Assembly (NCBI GenBank): GCA_964016885.1
Contig: OZ024747.1
Location: 21,266,001 to 21,330,000, forward strand
Origin: Eledone cirrhosa
Lineage: Eukaryota
Direction: 5' to 3'
DNA length: 64,000 nucleotides
The notes under the pieces were generated by a model. It was not told the origin of the DNA, did no database searches, and saw only the letters and a list, made by a program, of their open reading frames with translations. A program made the translations under genes and the position numbers. Positions 52,041 through 64,000 of this stretch are shown here, one piece after another; the first letter of the stretch is position 1, and every line of letters starts with the position of its first letter.

Positions 52041-52334
52041 CTCTCTCTCTCCTCCTCCTCCTCCTCTCCCTCTCTTTCATTTCTCTCTCTCTCCTCCTCC
52101 TCCTCTCCCTCTCATTCCTTTCTCTCTCTCTCTCTCCTCCTCCTCCTCTCTCTCCTTTCTCTCTCTATCTCCATCTTTATCTCCATCTTTATCTCCCCCT
52201 CTCTCTCCCCCTCTCCCCCTCACATTTACAACACCCCACACACCTCACTGGCTATTGTCTTTTATATTTTTACACTCATCTTTTCTCTTAATTATCATTT
52301 TTTTAAAATTAGCTTGTTCGTAGAATTCAGAGAT

Positions 52335-52920
52335 AGAGAGACAAACAGGGAGAGAGAGGAAGAGAGAGTGAGAGAGGGACAAACAGGGAGAGAGGGGAAG
52401 AGAGAGAGTGAGAGAGGGACAAACAGGGAGAGAGGGGAAGAGAGAGTGAGAGAGGGACAAACAGGGAGAGAGGGGAAGAGAGAGTGAGAGAGGGACAAAC
52501 AGGGAGAGAGAGGAAGAGAGAGTGAGAGAGGGACAAACAGGGAGAGAGAGGAAGAGAGAGTGAGAGAGGGACAAACAGGGAGAGAGGGGAAGAGAGAGTG
52601 AGAGAGGGACAAACAGGGAGAGAGGAGAAGAGAGAGTGAGAGAGGGACAAACAGGGAGAGAGAGGAAGAGAGAGTGAGATAGGGACAAACAGGGAGAGAG
52701 GGGAAGAGAGAGAGTGAGAGAGGGACAAACAGGGAGAGAGGGGAAGAGAGAGTGAGAGAGGGACAAACAGGGAGAGAGGGGAAGAGAGAGTGAGAGAGGG
52801 ACAAACAGGGAGAGAGGGGAAGAGAGAGTGAGAGAGGGGAAGAGAGAGTGAGAGAGGGGAAGAGAGAGTGAGAGAGGGGAAGAGAGAGTGAGAGAGGGGA
52901 AGAGAGAGTGAGAGAGGGAC
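52335..52920. repeat. 38-40-bp purine-rich minisatellite
   Basis: Unit GTGAGAGAGGGACAAACAGGGAGAGAGGGGAAGAGAGA, ~13 copies, then 20-bp subunits. Confidence 0.9.
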
Positions 52921-53017
52921 AAATAGTGAGAGAGAGGAGAAGAGAGGAGGGGGTGATCAAGGGAGAGAAAGAAAAAGGCAGACAGGCAGACAAAGAAGAT
53001 CAAAGGAGAAATATATA

Positions 53018-53082
<65 letters not shown>

Positions 53083-53280
53083 GAAAAAGATACAAAAAAA
53101 AAGAACACAAATAAAAAAAATAAAAATAATAATAAATAAAATCAAGAAATTGATCATTGGGTAGGGGGTCCAATTAAATGGTAATTAATTTACTTCTTAA
53201 TTAGATTTCAATCAAATAGATTGATAAACATTAAATGATGTGGAGAGGAGGGAGAACAAAAAAAATACACACACACACAT

Positions 53281-53351
<71 letters not shown>

Positions 53352-53717
53352 TACTCACACATAGACACTCTCACACACTTAGATACACGCATAGACAAAC
53401 ATGTACATATACATACACAAGAAGACAGAAGACAATACAAAACAACAATAACAATTACAATCGATTTTATAGATCGGTGGATATGTATGTGATTGTCTGT
53501 GTATGTGTGTGTGTGTGTGTATGTGTGTGTGTGTGTAGTTAAAACACCTGAGCTCAGCATTGGGCTTCGCAGATAATAAATACATTTATACTGCATTTTA
53601 AAATGAACATATTGAGTACTTCATTAATTATTGGTCATCCTTGTTATGACACTGTGAACATCCTATCTATATATCTGTGTGTTCATTATTCTATCTATAT
53701 CTATATATATCTATCTA

Positions 53718-53748
<31 letters not shown>

Positions 53749-53764
53749 ATTTATCTCACTCTCT

Positions 53765-56030
53765 CTTGCGGTCTACTGCAACTGGCAACAGAACGGGAGA
53801 ATTCCCTGTGCTGTGACCAAGGGCGTAGTCACGCTAGTGAGGAAGGACGAGAACAAGGGGGACGATATAAATAATTTCAGGCCCATAACTCTGCTAAATA
53901 CAGAGTTACAGATTTTGGCCAAGGTGCTAGCAAAGAGGTTGGCGCTTGTCGTGGGCAACCTGGTGGGAGATGCGCAGACATGTGCTATCCCGTCCAGGTC
54001 CATCAACGACAACCTCCACCTCATGCGATACAACATAGAGAGGGTTGGGAACGAACCCGGCTTTGGTGGGGCCCTGATCAACTTGGATCAATCTAAGGCG
54101 TTCGATAGGGTCGACCATGGTTACCTGGATGCGGTGCTAGTGGCGGCAGGCTTCGGACCCGTTTTCAGGGGCTGGATCAATGCCATGCACAGCAGCCGCA
54201 TCTGCTCTAGGGTCAAAGTGAACGGCTACCTCTCGGAGCCGTTCGAAATCGCGCGGTCCATCCGACAATGGTGCCCTCTCTCCTCCCTTCTGTATGTGAT
54301 GACTCTAGAGCCACTGCTGCGGAAGTTGGAGTTGTTGCAGGGCATCCCGTTGGAACCGGGATTGCGGAAAGTGGTGGCGGCCTACGCCGACGACATAACA
54401 GTAATGGTGTCGACGGCTTCGGAAATCGGGGCGATCGGCACCTTACTGGAGGAGTACGAAAGGTTTACAGGGGCTAAGCTGAACCGGGACAAGTCGATTG
54501 GTCTGCAACTCGGCACGTGGAGGGGCAGATCGATGCCCTCCGATGGCATCGTCGGGTGCTGGACGGAGGCCCCGGTGAAGTTGCTCGGGGTCTGGTTCGG
54601 ACCAGACCTCCAGGTGGAGAAGAACTGGGGTGAGGTAACGAACAGGGTGTTTGCACTGACCCAGAAGTGGGCCGAGTGCAAACTGTCCTTGAAAGGTCGG
54701 GCGGAGGTGGCGAACACTTATATAGCGTCCGTCATCTATTACCGCCTGACCGTTGTGCCTTGCCCAAGGGAAACGCTTGCCAAAATGGAGCGCGCACTCT
54801 TCCAATTCCTTTGGAAGAAGCGGGTTCCTATGGTGAGGAGATCCATCTGCTGTCAACACCCTTCGAAAGGAGGGCTGGGATGCTGTGGCTAATGATACGT
54901 AAACACGCATTAAGGCTACGGCACCTCCAGGTATTCCTCACCGGTCAACCGGTGTGGGCCCCATTTGTGAGGCGAGCCTTTCCCAGACTCGTCTCACTCA
55001 CCGAGCTGCAATCCTGGGTCAAGCAAAGACCGAGAAAACTGGGCGCCTGGCACACCGAGTGTGCCCAGGCGCTCACGGCTCTCTGGCAGGCGGACCCGGC
55101 TGTCAGTGGAGCATCCACCTCGTCATTCTATAGAGGGCTGGTGGTTAGCAGGTGTGACGATGCCCTCGGAGAAGCCCTAGGCATGGAGGAAGACAAACTG
55201 GCCAACCTGTTCGGTAGGACATTCAGCCCGGGACCCATGGATAACTTCCAGAGGTCCCTGGCCTGGCAGTGCTACTGAAGAGCTCTGCCCGTTCGAGAAA
55301 GGCTCTACAGACACGGGCGCCCGGGTAGGGACCCCTCGAAAAAGATCTGTCCCAGATGCGTGTGTGACGAGGAAACCATTGCACACGCATTGGTACACTG
55401 CTCGGGCATTGCCGATCTGTGGGGCTATATCGAACAACTGCTGTCAAGGGTGGGACCGATCCGGTTGACCACCGAGTCTATTGTAACGATCAAGCCGCCC
55501 CCCCTCTTCAAAAACGATGGAGAGGCGGTGTTTCTGTGCGTAATAGCCATGGCAAAAGAGGTTGTATGGTGGACGCGTCTGAAAGGACTGAGGTCAGACA
55601 CCTTTCTCTCTGGCCAACAACTGGTCCGTTTCTTCCGATATCATTTCGGAAGTATCAGGATGGAGAGAGAGGTGCTGCACCCTAGCCGTTTTTATGAAAG
55701 ATGGGTGAAAGGGGCGAGAATGGCCCGTATGAATGGGCCTTCACTCTACATCAGACTATAGGTGAGGAAGATGAAAGACCAAGGGAGCACCTCCTCTCTG
55801 TGCTCCTGAGGAGAAGGGTTGCACACTTTTTTTCGGGGGGGGGTGCAACCCCCAAGGCGCCTCCTCCCTATTGAGGATTTTGTTACAAAATTTATTTTGT
55901 TATATTTTATTTTATTTTTATACTTTTATATCTTGTTATTGCCTCCTCCATATTGAGGACGCCTTTGCATGTAAACTCCCCCTTTGTACTTGTCCCACTT
56001 TTGATGCCCTGGTGGCAAATAAAAAGAAAG
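53765..56030 (+). mobile_element. Tx1/L1-clade LINE, 5'-truncated ORF2 (RT plus C-terminal zinc knuckle), pseudogenised
   Basis: FRPITLLN, LDQSKAFDRVDH, SIRQWCPLS, YADD, CPRC..ETIAHALVHC; frameshift ~54885 and stop at 55278; GC-rich; AATAAA at 3' end; (CTAT)n flanks. Confidence 0.9.
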
Positions 56031-56145
56031 TTATCTATTTATCTATCTATAGTGGTTCCATTTAAGTAATGTTTTAGTCTGAGATGACCCACCCAACCTT
56101 TGATATCAGGGAAAACAGGACTTAAGTAATGATGTTGATGATGAT

Positions 56146-56253
56146 AATCGTTTCTACTTTTAGGCACAAGGCCAGCAATTATCCCAGTGTATTACTGGTA
56201 CTTTATTTTATCGACCCCGTAAGGATGAAAGGCAAAGTTAACCTCGGTGGGAT
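56146..56253 (-). mobile_element. SINE family A 3' fragment
   Basis: Tail and core only; TTGATGATGATAAT on both sides. Confidence 0.8.
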
Positions 56254-56569
56254 TGATGATGATAATGATGATGATATATACATAACTGGAAAGTTCCTCT
56301 TCCAGGTGAAGCCTAAGCATAGGGGTTTGTGGAAGACCAGCAGTTGCCTATGTACATATGTCTCACCTGTCCATGACACCAATGTTGTCCAATTGAAACG
56401 TATAAGTCAATACAACTTGGTACCAGTGTAAATTAGGTAATTGTAACCTATTTTTACGAGCTGAGGTGACTACATATGAAATAAAGTTTCTTGACACAAT
56501 TTGCAACCCAGTCCAGAAATTGAGCTATATATAGATAAACTCCTTGCTAACACTTTAGTTTTCACTAAG

Positions 56570-57060
56570 TATACTGTCAGCAGATTTGATTCTAAATTCT
56601 GGTTCCACAGTCAGAACTTATTTTCTAAATCTTTCAGAGATTCAGCATAAAGAGATTCCCATGGACCCCCATGTTGTGGCATGGAGAACCCTGGTGCATT
56701 CCTAGATGTACCTTGAATTTCTCCCTAAACTCCTTTCCTACTCTCGGTTTACTAACAACCTCTCAGTACATGGTTTGCACTGCTCTCACAAGCAATATTT
56801 TTAGACCTAATTCTTTAAGGAACGCTAAATGACAGATCAAGAATCTCTGTCAAAGGCCTTCTCTACATCAATGAAATCTAAATATAGAGTCGTAGTCTCA
56901 CCTAGAAACTTTTCTTGTAGTTGTCTCACTAGGAAGAGGGCATCTGTAGTACTTCTTCCTGGCACAAAACCAGACTCCATCTCATCTAATTTGACTTTTT
57001 CCCTAATTAGTGTGCTAGAACTCTTTCTGTCACTTGCATAACTTGGTCCATTAGACTTAT
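56570..57060 (-). mobile_element. Old RTE RT fragment
   Basis: GFVPGRSTTDALFLVRQLQEK..FIDVEKAFDR. Confidence 0.75.
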
Positions 57061-57429
57061 TTCCCTGTAGTTGTTCCTTTCTAAGTTTTGTGGCAATTAG
57101 TGCTGCAGCACCAGCAGTTGGGTATGATTCCATCCTTTATTATCTGATTGATTATGTGGGAGACTAGCTCAGCTTGTGTATATATAAATATATAATATTT
57201 ATAATATAAATATATAATATAGTAAAAATAATTGAAGTCAGATTTGCAGCTTGTGTAGAAACTTTATTTGCATGTTACAATTGTTTCCATATCGATCAGC
57301 TTGGGTGTGATCAAGGCGATCGAAGCCCGACACTTCTTTGACATCTCCTCAAATATGTGAGTTTACAAGCATGATTCACGTAACCTATATATGTACACAT
57401 ATGTATATATATATATACATGTATATATA

Positions 57430-57766
57430 CATGGCTTAGTGGTTAGAGCATTGGCCTTGTAATCGAAAGGTTGTGAGTTCAATTCTCAGACCGGGTGATG
57501 TGTTGTTTCCTTGAACAAGACACTTTATTTCCCATTGCTCCAGTTTACTCAGCTGTAGAAATGAGATGATAAGGACTGGGGTCCATATCATTCCACTGCA
57601 AAGTGGTCGTGGAGGTGCCACGGCAAAAAATACCCCAGCACTCACTGTAAATGAGGTTGGTGTTAGGAAGGGCATCCAGCTGTAGAAATCAAGCCAGAAT
57701 CAGTTCCCATCCCACCCTTGCAAGCAGGGAAAAGCGGACGTAAAATGAAATGATGAAATGATGAAT
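57430..57766 (+). mobile_element. CORE-like SINE family B
   Basis: Same as 34292-34630. Confidence 0.85.
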
Positions 57767-57835
57767 GATATATATATATGTGCACATATATACATATGTA
57801 CACATATATATATATGTGCATATATATACATATGT

Positions 57836-57903
<68 letters not shown>

Positions 57904-58367
57904 TAATTAAAATAACAGATAAATATTTGCTCTACGGTTCTTATATATTTGATATATATTTATCCTTATCGAGCCCTCTTTGGATTTTAGTCTTCAAATT
58001 TATTATTATTACTATATATATATATATATATATGTACATATATATATTCTTTTTTGAGAATCCACAAGTCTGATGAGCTATCGATTCCAAAGTCAGGTCC
58101 AATCACTATTGATCATACCTTGAACTGGTCGATCTCAAAACTCGTATCATGTGCGAATAAGCATAATGATGTTATATTGATACTTTATTACTGCTCGTTA
58201 TCATCACCACCACCACCACCACCATCATCATCATTATTAACACTCTACTTCTTACGGATACTGACTATGGTGAAATACCAAAAGCAGATCAGTAGCCAAA
58301 CCTAAATTTTAGCATTGATTGCTCAAACTGGAGACCATCAGTATCTAAACATTACACACCAATATAC

Positions 58368-58468
<101 letters not shown>

Positions 58469-58560
58469 GTATCATCATCATCATCTTCGTTTAACATCCA
58501 TCTTCCATGCTAGCATGGGTTAGACCCATATATATATATATGTGTGTGTATATATATATA

Positions 58561-58599
<39 letters not shown>

Positions 58600-58666
58600 T
58601 TATGTATATATATATACATATATATATATATATTTATGTATATATATATATACATATATATATATT

Positions 58667-58706
<40 letters not shown>

Positions 58707-58735
58707 TATATATATATATATATACATATATGTAC

Positions 58736-58810
<75 letters not shown>

Positions 58811-58815
<5 letters not shown>

Positions 58816-60265
58816 ATACTTTGGGAGGGTCATGTTGCCAATAAGAAACACACGCACCAGTTGCTTTCACTTCAATTTATTATAATAAATTTATAAATTT
58901 AGGAATTTATAAATTTCCGGTTGGTTGGTTGGTTCCACAACCAGATAGTTGTTTATATATTGTCAAAGTTCTTTCGTCACACATTCTGTGACATCTTCAG
59001 TGACTGGGATTCTTTTCTTTGTTTTTGTGCCTCTCCTTTGTTCTGTCCTACACCATTTTGTTTCTGTGTGTGTGTTGTGTGCTCAGTCTGCGCATGCGCC
59101 ACATCCGGGTGTCTGTGTGTGTTTATATTCGTTTATTTATTTGTTTATTTACATGTTACAGGTTGGTTGTTTGTTCTATGTGTGTGTGTGTTTTCATTTT
59201 GTCCTTAATTGTAAGTTGTGATGTTGCTGTTCCACTCATATTTTCTATTTAATTTTGGTTGTAATTCTTTTATGTTTATTGCCTCTGTGATTTGTCTAAA
59301 CATTGCGTCTTTTCTGTGTGTAGATTCTATTTTTATTTCTATGTTCTCTAATTTACCCTTATGTTCTATTTTAGCATGTTGGTAGAGTACAGATGATTCT
59401 TTACTATCTTGAAGGTCTCGCCAGTGTTCATTTATCCATTCCCCTACACTACGAGCTGTCTCACCTATGTACACTATATTTTTGTCTCTACATTGTCCTT
59501 CAGTACATCTTATGCTATATACTACATTTCTAGTTTTACAGTTAATATGGGGGCTTAATTTACAGGTTATACATTTCTTATCTATACAGGGGGGTCTTTG
59601 AAAAGAGTATGTCTTGCTAAAAAGTGTTTTTACCGAGGTACCTGGTCTTTCTACTATCTTAATATTGAGTTTATGTTTGTCTAGGGCCCTTCTAAATTTG
59701 TAAGCTAATTCACCTCTAGGGGTGGTATCGATGAACATTACACTCTGGTATTTATTGCTATCATACCATGAGTTTATTCTATTAGCCTTGTTCCTAGTTC
59801 TTTTTATTCTATTCCAAAATTTGCTCCTATACAAGGGGCAGGTCCCATTTATGTCATTATTTACCATTTTTTCCCATTTGGTTCTGGCTCCTCTATACAC
59901 TCTGATTGTATCTCTCTGATTGTAACCAGATAACTGCATACGGTGGATGAAGTGTTGTATGTGTCTCTCTAGTTCTTCGGGGTTGCACATGCGGGACACG
60001 CTTCTCATCACCCGTACCAAATCCGCAATCAGTATGTTGATTTTGGTATGGTCCGAAACAGCTGAGTTTCGGTGGATCAGATGTTTGGAAGTCATGGGTT
60101 TGGCATAATGGGAATGGAGGATTTGTTTTTTGTTATTAATGGTATCTAACCAGAGCTCTGTGATAGTACAGGTAATCGATGGTTGGGGTGTTTACCTGGG
60201 TAGTCTATAGTAACTCTAATACTCTGGTGGATGGAGTTAGCTATTTGCTGGATGCTTTCCAACAT
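58811..60265 (-). mobile_element. Penelope-like element 3' part: RT thumb, Cys linker, GIY-YIG endonuclease (ORF 59205-60095) and pLTR
   Basis: [59 protein letters not shown]; both ends in (TA)n. Confidence 0.9.
58962..59004 (-). ncRNA. Minimal hammerhead ribozyme in the Penelope pLTR
   Basis: GUCA-CUGAAGA-U-GUCAC-AGAAUGU-GUGAC-GAAAG-AA-CUU-UGAC; same strand as the ORF, ~200 nt past its stop. Confidence 0.8.
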
Positions 60266-60338
60266 ATATTTATATATATATATATATATAAATATATATA
60301 TATATTTATATATATATATGTATATATGTATATGTATA

Positions 60339-60385
<47 letters not shown>

Positions 60386-60808
60386 ATATATATATATGTG
60401 TATCATCATCAGGTTTAGCGTCCGTGTTCCACGCTTGCATGGGTTTGGTATATATATATATATATATATAAGCACATCTTAGCACGTTCCAATTTATTCA
60501 TCTACACTCTAAAATTTACATAGATGTCCATGTTCTTCATAGTAATATATTTATTTTACTATATTTCAATATATTATTTCCTTTCATCTTTTGTTTATCT
60601 GACAAATTTATACAGCACAGCTTACCAGCCACACATTACTAATATATTTTCATATCATTTTACTTGAAGCACAGTCATATCACATTTAGTTCTATAAAAT
60701 ATGTTTTAATAATGCAAAGTGTTTTTTGCATATATATATACAATATATATGTGTGTGTGTACGTATGTATATATATATGTATATGTGTATATATATATAT
60801 ATATATTA

Positions 60809-60855
<47 letters not shown>

Positions 60856-60887
60856 GTATATATACATATATATATATATGTATATAT

Positions 60888-62198
60888 GCTCTGTTCTTAG
60901 CCCTCTCCTGTTCATCATAGTCCTGCAGGCAATAACGGAGGAGTTTAAGACCGGATGCCCATGGGAACTCCTGTATGCTGATGACCTCGCACTAATAGCT
61001 GAATCTATGGTAGAACTAGAGAAGAAATTCCAAACTTGAAAGAAAGGGTCTCAAAGTCAACATGACAAAGACTAAGGTCCTTGTAAGTAGATGAGAAAAC
61101 AGAACCCAGATCCCCTCAGGGAAATGGCCTTGCTCAGTATGTAGGAAAGGTGTAGGTAGGAACTCCATTCTCTGCCCCAAATGCAAACAATGGGTACACA
61201 AGAGATGTAGCAGGATCTCAGGAAGCTTAATTAAGAATGTAGGCTTCACATGCAGCAGCTGTGCTGGGACAGCAAGCAGCAAACAGCCACAGGAAACAAG
61301 TACCACCAATCTCTGGGAGGGCTCTGTAGAAACAGAAGGCAGCTTCTGCTACCTAGGTGACCGAATTAGCATCAGAGGTGGGTGTTCAGAAAGTACAATA
61401 ACTAGGGTAAGAATAGGATGGAAGAAGTTCAGGGAACTACTGCCACTGCTAGCTGCAAAAGGCTTCTCCCTCAAAATGAAAGACAGACTGTATGATGCGT
61501 GTATCCGAACAGCAATGTTACATGGTAGTGAGACCTGGGTGCTGAAGGTGCAAGACTTACGTAGATTAGAAAGAAACGAAGCCTGCATGCTCCGATCGAT
61601 GTGTAATAGTAATATACGCGAACGACAAAGCATAAATGAATTGAGAGAGAGACTGAGCATAAAAGGAATCAAATGCTGTGTGCAGGAGAGGCGGTTGCGT
61701 TGGTATGGACATGTGATGCGTATGAAGGATGGCAGCTGCATATAAAGGTGCAGAGCACTAGAAGTCAATGGAAACCACGGAGTGGGATGAGGTGATAAAA
61801 GCCGACCTTACCCAATTACACCTCTCAAAGACGATGACACACAACCGTGACATCTGGCGTCACGCAGTAATACAGAGTACCCGACCTCCCATGGGTACGA
61901 GCTGAAGCATATAGACAATATGCCCCCACACCCTCCCACTGCAAAGTAGTCGTGGAGGTGCCACGGCAAAAAAGCACCCAGCCCACACTGTAAAGTGGAC
62001 GTGTAGGCGCCACAAAAAAGCACCCAGCACTCACTGTAAATGAGGTTGGTGTTAGGAAGGGCATCCAGCCAAAATCAGTTCCTGTATGAGCAAGGCATGG
62101 TCAGCTGACCAGACACTGTCCACAACAGGACAACCCGTCTAACCCATGCTAGCGTGGAAGAGCGGACGTAAAACGGTGATGATGATGATGATGATGAT
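60888..62198 (+). mobile_element. RTE-clade LINE, 5'-truncated, with 3' UTR and (ATG)n tail
   Basis: [20 protein letters not shown], Cys cluster CSVC..C..C..WVH..C, LYDACIRTAMLHGSETW, RRLRWYGHVMRM; in-frame stops. Confidence 0.9.
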
Positions 62199-62332
62199 GT
62201 ATATATATATATATATAAATGAAATGTATATATATGTATATATATATGTACATATATATATGTATATATATATATATATATGTGTGTGTATATATATATA
62301 TATATAAATACATATATATATGCATATATATA

Positions 62333-62384
<52 letters not shown>

Positions 62385-62417
62385 ATATATGTGTGTGTGT
62401 ACGTATGTATATATATA

Positions 62418-62450
<33 letters not shown>

Positions 62451-62452
62451 TA

Positions 62453-62495
<43 letters not shown>

Positions 62496-62658
62496 GCTCT
62501 GTTCTTAGCCCTCTCCTGTTCATCATAGTCCTGCAGGCAATAACGGAGGAGTTTAAAACCGGATGCCCATGGGAACTCCTGTATGCTGATGACCTCGCAC
62601 TTATAGCTGAATCTATATATATATATACATATTTAATTATATGTCTAAACTTTGCTAG

Positions 62659-62705
62659 TGCTCCAATGATTCCAAACGAAAGTTTGGAAGAAACGATTGT
62701 CAGCA
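62659..62705 (+). ncRNA. Hammerhead ribozyme relic with mutated core
   Basis: UGCU-CCAAUGA-UUCCAAAC-GAAA-GUUUGGAA-GAAAC-GAUU-GUC-AGCA; stems intact, CUGAUGA reads CCAAUGA. Confidence 0.6.
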
Positions 62706-62741
62706 ATAAAATGTTTTGAACATAGTTTTGATTATTGTGTA

Positions 62742-62781
<40 letters not shown>

Positions 62782-64000
62782 ATCATAATCCTTTGTGATA
62801 TAACATGTTTTATAGGTCCAAATATGGTATCAATGTGGCATATGCGTTATATATATGTATATATTATATGGTAATAGATAGATGATTATGGTTTGAATTG
62901 CAAGGTCGTTATATGTCATATTTATGTGTAGGTGGATATTTGTCTATGTGTCTGTGTATGATTTCTACTTCTTGATATTATCTAACTGAACATTTCATAT
63001 GAAATAACACTCCCATATTGTTACTTGATAGCAGTTTTCCCATTTCAAAATGTTTCCAAATAATAATTAAATGTTATGTTATCCATGAAGTAGTTGTTTA
63101 TAGACATTGCAGAGAAATCTCCCTCGGAAAAGATTTATGCTAGACATACTAGCTTCCCATTTAAAAAGTAGTTTGCATGTAAGGAAGTAAGAGAAGCATG
63201 TATGAATAAAATGTGTGTGCCATCAGAAAGAAATGTGACACGTAAACAGGGAAATTGCCCCAGGCCCTCTGCAATGGGGTACCCCACCACCAACAGCCAT
63301 AGCAATTTATTTATGCCCTCAGCTGAGCTTTTTAGTTTTAGGATGGTTAGAATTTTTTTTGTTTAATACCAGTGTGTAAAACTTTTCAATTCCAATAACT
63401 TGAGCCAAACTGACTTTGATATATATAATTGGGGAGTTTGCTGTGTATTCTAATTTTTGTGTATGAGGGCCCTCGAAAGTGAAGTACCCCGGGCCCCCTA
63501 AGGTCTAAATCCAACCCTGATCATCATCATTATCCTCACTGTTGAATGTCTGTTTTCCATGCTTGCATAGGTTAGACAGGCTGTCACATGCTGAGGCTAA
63601 ACTGGTCAACTGGTCTTGCTTGTACACTCCATTTTTGGTTTGGTTTCACAAGCTGGATCTCTTTCATAATGTCAACCACTTTTCACCATGTACTGCACAA
63701 GGATCATTTTCTCATGACTCCCAAATCACTGCCTTACAGGATGGACATGTAATGTTTATCACAATACTATCACTACCTCATTACAACACTTGGGTGCTTG
63801 AGTATAATTATACTTAATCTATTGCCCATTTTAATATTACCACCTAGTTTAATAAACCCTTCAGACCATGCTCGCCATTGAGAGTGCCTTTCTTCCATAT
63901 CAGAGGCCTTGGAGCAAGGGTCTTATGAAATAGTCTGCTTTTCTTGCTTTAAAAAGGATAATATAGCCAAATTTTGCTGGCATAAACACACTGTAAAATA

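Overview
AT-rich, microsatellite-saturated eukaryotic non-coding DNA. The repeat complement suggests a coleoid cephalopod (octopus-like), but that is inference. I recognise no host gene. Nearly all long ORFs in the track are simple-repeat artefacts. The window holds decayed non-LTR retrotransposons (CR1, RTE, R4/Dong, Tx1/L1, Penelope-like with GIY-YIG), a Helitron remnant, two tRNA-derived SINE families and TTAA MITEs. The main hidden signal is hammerhead ribozymes (HHRs), folded by eye. Two non-coding tandem arrays (561-bp unit at 15.5-17.0 kb; 310-bp unit at 18.8-20.6 kb, with an inverted half) carry one intact minimal type-I HHR per unit, which fits retrozyme-like or non-autonomous Penelope-like elements. 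Further HHRs lie in a 292-bp foldback, in the pLTR of the Penelope fragment and in short inserts within (TA)n tracts. An inverted SINE pair has swapped target-site duplications, implying a micro-inversion.
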